Shown piece by piece: positions 23,165-32,560 of a stretch of DNA of 32,560 nucleotides (its first letter is position 1; every line of letters starts with the position of its first letter). The notes below the pieces were generated by a model, which was given only the letters and a program-made list of their open reading frames with translations, was not told the origin of the DNA and did not search any database. A program made the translations under genes and the position numbers. The DNA is from Octopus bimaculoides (Eukaryota), in contig NC_068988.1 of the NCBI RefSeq assembly GCF_001194135.2, positions 1,077,857-1,110,416 on the forward strand, in the 5' to 3' direction.

Positions 23165-23820
23165 AACTTACTTGCGTTATTCGTTCAATTACAACAAAAG
23201 CAGTCTGGCATTCAACATGGAGTCCGTCTGAAGCCACCTTTCTTATTTGCACCGTCTGAAGTGACCTTTTTGCCAGTTCCTTGATCGCACACTGATACCA
23301 ATTCTTGCCCTTCGAAATGAAGAACTCTTTCACTGAAGCTTCCACTTCCTCTTCACTGACGAAGCGTCGCGAGCGTAGGAAGTGAGCCATAGATCGGAAC
23401 ATGTAATAATCCGAAGAAGGTATATATTTTGCCGCAATGCCATCGTGCGTGAAGCAGTGGATAAGCAAGAGCCAGCTTCCGGAATCTGTCGCCAAACGCG
23501 GGCGTTTTGAACACAAGGAGATGCTCTGCGTTTGGTGGAATTATGAGAGGATAATCCACTACACGTTCGTTCTGGACAATCGAACTATCGATGCCAATCA
23601 GTATCCCGAATAGCTGGGGCGTATGTACGCCATTTTAAGGCAAAAATACTCTACGGAAAGCGAGCTCTTCTACAGCAAGAAAACGCAAGACCTCATACCG
23701 CTCCAACGACCCGGAATAAACCGCAGAAACTTGAGGCAATCTAACTAATGCCACACCCAGCATAGAGTCCGGACCTACCCCACTCGGATTATTACCTGTT
23801 CCGACCCATACTCAATTTGA
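23165..23820. mobile_element. Mariner transposase remnants in two opposite orientations
   Basis: Plus strand about 23440-23820: MLCVWW, QENARPH, SPDL..SDYYLFR. Minus strand about 23430-23200: SDYYMFRSMAHFL...EEEVEASVKEFF..K...WY. Confidence 0.8.
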
Positions 23821-24556
23821 TTTGTACCAAATGATTTTGGAAAATGAATGGGTTATTTCCCTTGGCTGTTAAAATAAAATATATTAGATATACATATATA
23901 TAAGGATCCCTTCCAGAGGCCCTATTATCGATTTTTTTAACAATCTGAGTATGCCATGAGGTTTCCAAACATGAGTTCTACTCACGTGTCAAGTTTCATC
24001 AAAATCGATAAAACGATGTTGGAGGAGTTGGCTAACAACTCCACAAACACACCCATAAACAGAATTTCCCACATATGTAGNNNNNNNNNNNNNNNNNNNN
24101 NNNNNNNNNNNNNNNNNNNNNNNNNNNNNNNNNNNNNNNNNNNNNNNNNNNNNNNNNNNNNNNNNNNNNNNNNNNNNNNNNNNNNNNNNNNNNNNNNNNN
24201 NNNNNNNNNNNNNNNNNNNNNNNNNNNNNNNNNNNNNNNNNNNNNNNNNNNNNNNNNNNNNNNNNNNNNNNNNNNNNNNNNNNNNNNNNNNNNNNNNNNN
24301 NNNNNNNNNNNNNNNNNNNNNNNNNNNNNNNNNNNNNNNNNNNNNNNNNNNNNNNNNNNNNNNNNNNNNNNNNNNNNNNNNNNNNNNNNNNNNNNNNNNN
24401 NNNNNNNNNNNNNNNNNNNNNNNNNNNNNNNNNNNNNNNNNNNNNNNNNNNNNNNNNNNNNNNNNNNNNNNNNNNNNNNNNNNNNNNNNNNNNNNNNNNN
24501 NNNNNNNNNNNNNNNNNNNNNNNNNNNNNNNNNNNNNNNNNNNNNNNNNNNNNNNN

Positions 24557-24658
<102 letters not shown>

Positions 24659-24878
24659 TATATGTATGTATATATTTGCATCCGCGTGTGTAATGTATGT
24701 ATGTGAAAGATGAAAGAAACAGAAGTGTCCATCATCAGCACTACTACGACAACGACGGCGGCGGCGACTACGTAACGAGCATCGATAAATGTTACACTCT
24801 TCCTTCTATTTTTAATTTATTCAGACAGATGTAAAACTCTAAAATAAAAGAGACGTCAAAAAAATATCGTTTTCTTAC

Positions 24879-24921
24879 CGCACAACAAAGAGGTGTACTC
24901 TTCAAAACTGCTGAAGCTATC
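24879..24921 (-). CDS. Peptide gene B, exon 3 (43-nt micro-exon)
   Basis: Acceptor atttttctttccacag and donor GCG|GTAAGA. In phase 2 it reads (V)IASAVLKSTPLCCA, homologous to 1586-1628. Confidence 0.85.
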
Positions 24922-24959
24922 CTGTGGAAAGAAAAATGGCAAAATGAAAATGTGTGTGT

Positions 24960-24992
<33 letters not shown>

Positions 24993-25003
24993 CTTACATG
25001 CAT

Positions 25004-25090
<87 letters not shown>

Positions 25091-25822
25091 GCCGCTGCAG
25101 ACACCATACCACACCACACCACATCACACCATCCCGCGCACACTAGCACTGACGACTTCCTAGCTCTCCTTTCTGACCACCTCTGTCCGGACTTCGCCAT
25201 GATTCATCGCTAGCCACTAAACCTTTTTCNNNNNNNNNNNNNNNNNNNNNNNNNNNNNNNNNNNNNNNNNNNNNNNNNNNNNNNNNNNNNNNNNNNNNNN
25301 NNNNNNNNNNNNNNNNNNNNNNNNNNNNNNNNNNNNNNNNNNNNNNNNNNNNNNNNNNNNNNNNNNNNNNNNNNNNNNNNNNNNNNNNNNNTATATATAT
25401 ATATATATATATATTAGATCCTACTAAGGTATAACAGTAGGGTATTTCCAGAGAAGCACTCGCCTCGAATTCTGGGCTATCAACACTGTCGGGTTTCAGA
25501 TCAAAATTCAAGTGTAGAAAATTCAGATTTCACGACGGTAACAACGTTGTGTGGATTTGGCGAAAAGTAAATTATAAACCAGATAACAAGACAAAGAAAT
25601 TCTTTAACACATCTTTAATGATTCGTTACAACTGTTTCTGCACTAACTCTGCTTTCGACGCCACTTTCGACGCAATAGTTCGAATTGAAAATTCATACGT
25701 TTGCGGTTTTACACGTTAGAGTGACACTTCATCAGATTTGCATGAAAATTGCGCTTTTACAATGCATGCACACGCGCGCGTGCATATAGGAAACATAACG
25801 AATGTTAGCGATTAATTATAGG

Positions 25823-26182
25823 CAAACGTGGGTACCAAACCGTTAATCCGTTAACCGTTAATTAACGAAGTTAACGTTTTCGTTAACGATTTAACTTTAA
25901 GTTAACTAACTCAACTCAACTTCAGTTAACTTCCGTTAACTTCAATTCAATTAAAGTTAACGGATTTTATACTTTTGGCACTTTTTAAAGGTGTTTTGGG
26001 GTGGTTTTTAGAGCAAAAACTGATGAGGTTTTTTTATAATAAAAATTAACGTTAACGGTTTATCGATAACTTCCGTTACAGTTTTAAAGAACTAACTGAT
26101 TAACGGTTATCGAAGTTAACTTTTTGGTTTACGGATTAGTGGTTAACGAAGTTAACCTTTCGATTAACGGTGCTCACCTTTG
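25823..26182 (+). mobile_element. Non-autonomous 360-bp derivative of the hAT family at 7173-8750, opposite orientation
   Basis: Termini CAAACGTGGGTACCAAACCG / CGGTGCTCACCTTTG, 8-bp TSD attatagg/attataag, same GTTAAC-rich subterminal sequence, no coding part. Confidence 0.85.
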
Positions 26183-26807
26183 ATTATAAGCTATTTAATT
26201 ACACAATCTTACGTACATTCCATTAACAAAATATGATCACTACTTAAGTAATGTAAATCACACAATTAGAATATATCGTCAAATCTTCAGCGTCATAACA
26301 TCACTGGATTATTGAATTATTGACAAAATTTAGCAACAAAGAAGAGCAACCAGGATGATAACTTCCATTAATAACCTAAAAGTCCAGCAGTGTTACGTAT
26401 TAAAGTTATACGACTCTGAAAGTTTGACAATACATCTTGATTTTGTAATTTACATCATAACACAAATAATCCTTCTTCATTATCGAAGCATATTTAAAAT
26501 AGTGTAACGAAATAGCTTATATAAATCTTTCATGTTTTGTTTCGTTTTCTATATGTACTCTGTGACATGTCAAAATTCGGATTCTTTCAAAATAATACGA
26601 GGACAATAAAACCACATTGGAGGACACATATTTTTTATTTGTCGATTAAATAATTCAACCAACGGTTTCATGTAGAAAGAATTACTTCCGAAATGGTGAT
26701 TACCAACATTTTGAAGTGAATTGTTTGAAAAACTGCAGCCCTCCTTTCCACATGAAACCATTGGTAGCAATGTTATTCCACAAATAAGAAAAAAAAGGTT
26801 ATATAAA

Positions 26808-26975
26808 AGCGTAGGCGTGGCCGTGTGGAAAAACGATTGCTTCTGAACCACATAATTCCCGGTTCAGTCCCACTGTGTGATACCTTGCATAAGTATCTTC
26901 TACCATTGTCTCAAGCTGACTAAAGTCTTGAGAGTGGATCTGGTAGACGGAGCTGAAAGAAGCCCGTCGCGCGCG
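26808..26975 (+). mobile_element. SINE family A 5' half
   Basis: ggcgtggccgtgtgg...cccggttcagtcccactg...ggtagacggagctgaaagaagcccgtcg. Ends just before the putative Gypsy LTR. Confidence 0.8.
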
Positions 26976-26991
26976 CACAGGCGTATATGTA

Positions 26992-27187
26992 TGTTGTAAT
27001 CATCTGTCGGACTGGTATAACGTCCGCTCCAGTATAGCAGTATAGTTAGTTAGACAAGTAAGACACGACTATCTATATGACCGACTGATCTTACCTGACT
27101 GTTCAACGTCACCGTATTTGTAGTGACTAGCAAATACCACTCCTCACGTGGGAGGGGTGTTCCGTTATTACTATTTTCCCCATAACA
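26992..27187 (-). mobile_element. Putative 3' LTR of the Gypsy remnant
   Basis: Minus strand starts TGTTAT after a purine-rich tract (aagaaaaaaaagaaagacttaaaggtcgaga) and ends ...ACAACA. No second copy in the window. Confidence 0.5.
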
Positions 27188-27399
27188 TCTCGACCTTTAA
27201 GTCTTTCTTTTTTTTTCTTAGGGAGTGTAATTTTATTTCTTTTTATTAGCAATAATTTTTAGTTCACTTCACGGCCCCTTTTTTTCCATACAGTTACACA
27301 TTTAATATTTCTTTTCGTTTGGCATCCGCTTCCAGGAGCTCCATACAGTTTCTTTATCTTTCGCTTGTGCGTCTGGGTTCAATTATTTGTAGTGGTGTT

Positions 27400-28217
27400 G
27401 GTACTTAAAAAGTATCATATAACCTTTCCATTGGTTCTTTCATTCTTTTGCGTTCGCTCTCAACGAATCTTTTTTTTTTTAGTTGGTTCATGTGTCTCTT
27501 GAATACCCTTTTTCTTCCTTTTACCAAGTATGGCATTTTTCCTATGCGTTTGGTAATCACGCCATCTTCCCAACTGTGTTTTACGTTCTTATATGCCCTA
27601 ACAAATACATTTTCACCAATTTTGAAATTTCGGATCAAAATGCGTTAACGATAAATTCCATGCTAAACTGTTTTATAATTTATCAAATGCCGTCTGGCAC
27701 ATATCAGTCCAGCACCATTTTGCATCTTTCTGTAACAGATCATTGAGTGAGGCTCTTACATTGTGTATACCAGACATATAAATTTGATAATAATTTACTA
27801 ATCTCAAAAAGGTATGTAGCATAGTCGCATTATTCGTGGTGGGCATATATTTTTTATCTCAGTTGTTCTGGATGGATCCGGTTTCCGTTCATTTTTATCT
27901 ATCATCTGGCCCAAGTACTTAGTTTTTTTTGCGGGGGGGGGGGGTTCAGAAAGAACTCGCATTTTCTTCATTATCTTGAAGCCGTATTCTCTTATCTTTT
28001 CGAATACCCTTTTTACGTGTTCTACATGTTGTTCGTGCAATTCGCTTTTTATTAGGATATCGTCTAAATAGGCGATAGCAAAATCACAATCACCCAGCAT
28101 TGTATACATTACTTGCTGAATTATGGAAGGAGCCACTTTTACATCGAAGGGAAACCGTTTGAATTTAAATAAGCCACGGTGTGTATGATTAACTAGCTGG
28201 GCCCGTGAAAACTTCAC
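27400..28217 (-). mobile_element. Gypsy LTR-retrotransposon pol remnant (RT plus integrase C-terminal piece)
   Basis: THRGLFKFKRFPF...APSIIQQVM...AYLDDILI (RT YLDD), then SWEDGVITKRIG...Y.VK...KRHMNQLK, typical of the post-integrase region. Internally deleted. Confidence 0.9.
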
Positions 28218-28457
28218 GGAAAATATTAAAAAATGTAAGCATCTGTAAATTGTGTGCTGGTGCCATGAGAAATGTTTCTATATTGTGACACAGAATATAG
28301 AAAGAAGTGTAAAACTGATAACTATATCATCCAACTGAAATATCTCAGTTACGCAAACGTAAACAGAATTACTATTTATCCTTAAAATACATCGTACATA
28401 TTCAAAGAACCTTCTTGGTTTAGTGGCACGGAACGTTTTTCTGGTATTCTTTTATTC

Positions 28458-29659
28458 TGTAAGGAACGACCGTGTGTACTCAAAAAAAAGGGAGAAATGG
28501 TGACGAATGGAAAAACAGAGGACTCCTTTTATTTAAACGTGTCACACGGTCGAACACAAAATATATATATCAAAGATGATATACATGATATGTTATACTA
28601 CGATAACATAGATGACCAGTAATGAAAGACCACAACCGTATAAGATGAATAACAAAAATATTTATTATGGCGTTAAAGATGTATGTCTGTGTGAGAGTGT
28701 GAATGCGACATATAAGAACATAATCAAAGACAGGCCGTCGTACAAAGAAAAGTGTGTATGTGAGTGATACATGTGTGTGAGTTATTACAGCAGATGGAAA
28801 GAGAGTCAATAACACGTGAGCAATTATACCAGTTATTTAGTACANNNNNNNNNNNNNNNNNNNNNNNNNNNNNNNNNNNNNNNNNNNNNNNNNNNNNNNN
28901 NNNNNNNNNNNNNNNNNNNNNNNNNNNNNNNNNNNNNNNNNNNNNNNNNNNNNNNNNNNNNNNNNNNNNNNNNNNNNNNNNNNNNNNNNNNNNNNNNNNN
29001 NNNNNNNNNNNNNNNNNNNNNNNNNNNNNNNNNNNNNNNNNNNNNNNNNNNNNNNNNNNNNNNNNNNNNNNNNNNNNNNNNNNNNNNNNNNNNNNNNNNN
29101 NNNNNNNNNNNNNNNNNNNNNNNNNNNNNNNNNNNNNNNNNNNNNNNNNNNNNNNNNNNNNNNNNNNNNNNNNNNNNNNNNNNNNNNNNNNNNNNNNNNN
29201 NNNNNNNNNNNNNNNNNNNNNNNNNNNNNNNNNNNNNNNNNNNNNNNNNNNNNNNNNNNNNNNNNNNNNNNNNNNNNNNNNNNNNNNNNNNNNNNNNNNN
29301 NNNNNNNNNNNNNNNNNNNNNNNNNNNNNTGTTGCTGCTGCTGTTGTGTGGTACACGGAACAGATCTCAAAGAGAAACTGGACCGAGACAAATTGTTGGG
29401 TATGAGTTGATCTATTTAAGGTGTTAAGGGGGCTCCAAGACGGTAGCAGAAAAACACTATCACGTGACCTTATTAAGGGCTGTGATTGGTCAGTTTGCGT
29501 TCTGGCGGGAACGGTTCGAAGAAGTTGCCGATTCGAATAATGATCAGTCACGTGATGACATGGTTAATGTTTTCCGCTACGTTCGCGTTTGTTTATATTT
29601 AAATGAGAAGAATGGCGATAGTAGTCTTGTATCTAGTGACGATAGGTAGTTTCACTACA
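28458..29659 (-). mobile_element. Solo LTR (1202 bp including gap) with 4-bp TSD
   Basis: TGTAGTG...CCTTACA termini and TSD ATTC at 28454-28457 and 29660-29663. Homologous to 1-253 and 32300-32560. Confidence 0.85.
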
Positions 29660-29662
29660 ATT

Positions 29663-29860
29663 CTTTTACTTGTTTCAGTCATTTGACTGTGGCCATGCTG
29701 GAGTACCACCCTTTAGTCGAAGAAATCGATCTCTGGACTTATACCCTGTAATCCTGGTTCTTCTTCTATCAGTGTTTTCTGCCGAACAGCTAAGCTACGG
29801 GGACGCAAACACACCAACATCGGTTGTCGAGAGATGGTGGTTGGGGGACAAACACAGACA

Positions 29861-29870
<10 letters not shown>
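29663..29870 (-). mobile_element. SINE family A 3' half whose tail is interrupted by the solo LTR
   Basis: ccagcatggccacagtcaaatgactgaaacaagtaaaagaat, then the LTR, then gaataaaagaata on the far side. Confidence 0.8.
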
Positions 29871-29906
<36 letters not shown>

Positions 29907-30085
29907 TACATACATACATACATACTGGGGTCGATTCGCTCGACTAAACCCCTTGAATGCGGTGCCCCAGCATGACCGCAGCGGAGTAACTGAAGTAATT
30001 AAGATATATAAAAAAGTACGAGAATAAATATATTTGAACAAACTGTTTGAATTCGTATCGCTTTCGATACAATATGTATACGTAC

Positions 30086-30282
30086 ACACAAAATTCGTTT
30101 AAGGACATTGTTTGAGTGGGATTACAGCTGCAGTGATACCATTTCCTGGCGCATTCAGTAACTTTCAAACATTTCGATATTGGTACTGGACATTGAGCGG
30201 ACGGCAACAGTGTGAGTTTCATGGGATTTACCAGGACCAGCGACACCAACAATACAAACAATATGGCTTCTCTCTTATACAT
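30086..30282 (-). CDS. Peptide gene B, coding part of exon 2 (exon 30296-30086): signal-peptide-like segment plus six Cys
   Basis: Acceptor ttcgtttttag at 30297, 14-nt UTR, then ATG 30282. Reads MYKREAILFVLLVSLVLVNPMKLTLLPSAQCPVPISKCLKVTECARKWYHCSCNPTQTMSLNEFC, then GT|GTACGT (phase 2, same position as gene A). Confidence 0.88.
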
Positions 30283-30559
30283 GTTCAGTTTCTGTTCTAA
30301 AAACGAAATGAAACAATATCAACGAATTAAACAGACAAATGAAACATAATCACGTCTACATTTAATTGAAACGTTAAGGTTCACTGTAAATAGCTTCTAA
30401 TTGGTTATTCGACTTGCTAGTTTAGTGGATGTTAGCCATCAATCCATCGCTGGTAGTACACCATCTTTCTTTTCTTCCCTGAGCTCTGCTAATACTTTAC
30501 ATGTACCACGTACTCGCGTTGTTGTTTTTCTTTTGTATTTGTTCTTTTTGGGATTTATT

Positions 30560-30634
<75 letters not shown>

Positions 30635-30684
30635 TATATATAACGTTTGTATAATACATGAAAAGGAGACAACAAAAAGAGACT

Positions 30685-31180
30685 CAGTTTAGCCTCTGCT
30701 ACCATGACGAAGATGAACACCAAACAGAAAAGCAATGCCATTAGTTTTCCAGCAATTTCAGTTCCTTTTTGAACGGGTGTGAGAGGTGGACTCTTACAGC
30801 TGACCTGGAGTGAAGGATCCAGGCACTTGAGCACAAATGCTTCAGAAGGCTGCTACACATCCTGTACACAGAATATAAACTGAACAGCTTTGTCAAGTAG
30901 CATGATACAGAAATAAGCTGGCAGACAGGAACCACTCCTTCCGCAGGTAAAAAGATGAAAGCTCGCCTGGTACTGTCATGCATCCCTCCACAGCTCACTG
31001 CCCAACACCTTTAGGGCACAGCTGAGGGAGAGCGAAAGAGTGTCAGACAGAAAAAAATCCTGGTTTGACAGCGTCAAGGACTGAACAAGTCACAACGCTC
31101 TGACACTGTTACGCACAACGGAGAACAGAGACCAGTAACAACGGCTGACTACAGAAGTGTCTAGAGTGGCACCGCGATGT
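30685..31180 (+). mobile_element. Decayed RTE-clade LINE 3' coding fragment (different family from 12528-13710)
   Basis: NAISFP, GCERWTLTADLE.RIQALEHKCFRRLLHILY, KLAWYCH and KSWFDSVKD are RTE post-RT motifs. Confidence 0.75.
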
Positions 31181-31392
31181 AAATATCGGTTGTTTGGTTG
31201 GTCGGTTGAGTTCTCCAGTCACTCTTTGCATCGTATAGAGAGAGGGGGAGAGAATAAAAGATAGAAACAAAAAGATTTAACGTAAGAGGTGCATATTACG
31301 CAAGGTGGGAGGTGCAGCAAATGACAAGCTTTCGCTTCACATGTACAGCTCTGTTGTGAGAAAGCTTCAAAGTGAGATCAACATAGATAATC

Positions 31393-31540
31393 AGAGTAGT
31401 CTCCCTTGAGCCAACAAACCGGATATTAACTCTCACTTTGAAGTGAATATTTTTGTCATACATGAACCGAGAGTAGTTTCCCTTGAGCCAACAAACCGGG
31501 TATTAACTCTCACTGTGAATATTTTTGTCATACAGGAACC
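31393..31540. repeat. Two-copy tandem duplication, 77-bp period
   Basis: agagtagt(c/t)tcccttgagccaacaaaccgg...gtgaatatttttgtcataca.gaaccg occurs twice, with a short deletion in copy 2. Confidence 0.85.
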
Positions 31541-32111
31541 GGAAATATCTACAAAGTCTATGATGCAAAAGAAGGGTGTAGGTACAACACTTAAATATGG
31601 CAACGTTAGTTGCCACACGGCTGGCTAACGTTTCTGCCAGCTCACCGCCTTATCAGGCCAGATATAATGAGAAAAGAAACTGTGCACAGTAGCAGACATT
31701 AGTTCCCTGGTGAAATTTGACATAAACATGAAAGGAAAAGAAAACCATGTCACATAAATGAGAGATCTAATAAGATATTCTACCCTAATTATAACATTAG
31801 ATGTAAAGTAGCAATTATTGGGGTACTCGGTGATATAACTAATTGCCTGGGTACCACTTTTGAGGGCTGAAAATCACAGAACTAGAAACGACACTACTAA
31901 TAACGAAATCATCATTAAAAGTCATTAATGGAATCGTGAAAATGAGACATTTTATTTAGCCTGTAAGGTGTGTGTGTGGCAGGGTGGGTGCAGATGTTTA
32001 GACACATAACCATACATGCATGTACAGAGACATATAACTTAAAATATTACATATTTACAAACAGACAGACATGCATGCATACATACATACATACATACAT
32101 AACATACATAT

Positions 32112-32299
32112 GTTAGTAAATGCTTAAAGGAGGATCTGGATAAACTGGGATTTTCAGAAAGAAAAATCGACCGGCTAATTCGTACGTTACAAGTGCAATC
32201 TGTGAGTGGAACAGTAAAAATATGCAAGACTTTTCTCAAGTTCCAAATGCGAATTTATTTGTCTATGTTAACTACATCCCAAAGATGGAGCCTTGTATC
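32112..32299 (+). mobile_element. Short 3' coding end of an R4/Dong-like element
   Basis: LKEDLDKLGFSERKIDRLIRTLQVQSVSGTVKICKTFLKF matches the C-terminus at about 11380-11490 (LAELGF...GTLKIYKTFLRF). Preceded by (CATA)n and cut by the LTR. Confidence 0.7.
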
Positions 32300-32560
32300 T
32301 GTAGTGAAACTAACCTCTATTACCATTATATACAAACACCACTTTCTCTCACTACTATAAATATTAACAAGCGCGAGCGTAGTAGAAAACATCTCATTCC
32401 CTGTCATCACCTGACTGACTATTATTTGAAGCGGCAACTGCCTCGTACCGTTCCCGCCAGAACGCAAATCGACCAACCACAGCCCCTAATAAGGTCATGT
32501 GATAGTGTTTTTCTAATGCTTCTCTGGAGCCTACCTTCAGTTATAAATAGCCTAAATTAT
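32300..32560 (+). mobile_element. 5' part of an LTR, same family as 28458-29659
   Basis: Starts TGTAGTGAAAC. Segment ccgttcccgccagaacgcaaa..gaccaa.cacagccc.taataaggtca.gtgatagtgttttt is the reverse complement of about 29450-29515. Confidence 0.8.

Noticed and set aside
23860-24080. Helitron-like or MITE-like end (caagtttcatcaaaatcg...)
   Set aside because: Only a vague motif resemblance, truncated by a gap, and cannot be classified.
24839-24878. Acceptor ttttattttag 40 nt after the gene B exon-3 donor (would give SFTSV*)
   Set aside because: A 40-nt intron is implausibly short and there is no equivalent in gene A.
29944-30085. C-terminal extension of the 112-aa ORF 29944-30282
   Set aside because: Lies beyond a donor site conserved in position with gene A and runs into SINE sequence. 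The homologous 43-nt exon at 24879-24921 explains the real continuation.
30439-30741. Signal-peptide-like MALLFCLVFIFVMVAEAK as a third peptide gene
   Set aside because: It is the antisense reading of the RTE remnant (ASATMTKMNTKQKSNAISFP on the plus strand), has no Cys scaffold, and runs into a (TA)n/(TG)n repeat.

Overview
AT-rich, microsatellite-dense animal genomic DNA with about 4 kb of N gaps. The SINE families look like those of Octopus, so a cephalopod source is my inference from recalled repeats. Most of the window is decayed transposable elements: tRNA-derived SINEs, RTE, R4/Dong-like and HERO-like LINEs, a Penelope-like element, Gypsy remnants, a solo-LTR family, hAT elements and mariner pieces. 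Hidden among them are two paralogous, spliced, minus-strand genes about 27.5 kb apart that the ORF track shows only in part. Each encodes a small, probably secreted 8-cysteine peptide with the framework C-x6-C-x5-C-x6-C-x-C-x11-C-x12-CC. Gene A: TATA/Inr and non-coding exon 5885-5784, coding exons 2792-2579 and 1628-1586, last exon unresolved. Gene B: coding exons 30296-30086 and 24921-24879, probable last exon from 21589. The two genes share splice phases and a 43-nt micro-exon. Their intron-1/exon-2 flanks are 60/65 identical, yet only 6/41 non-Cys mature residues match, a pattern seen in fast-evolving toxin, defence and signalling peptide families. I do not recognise the family.
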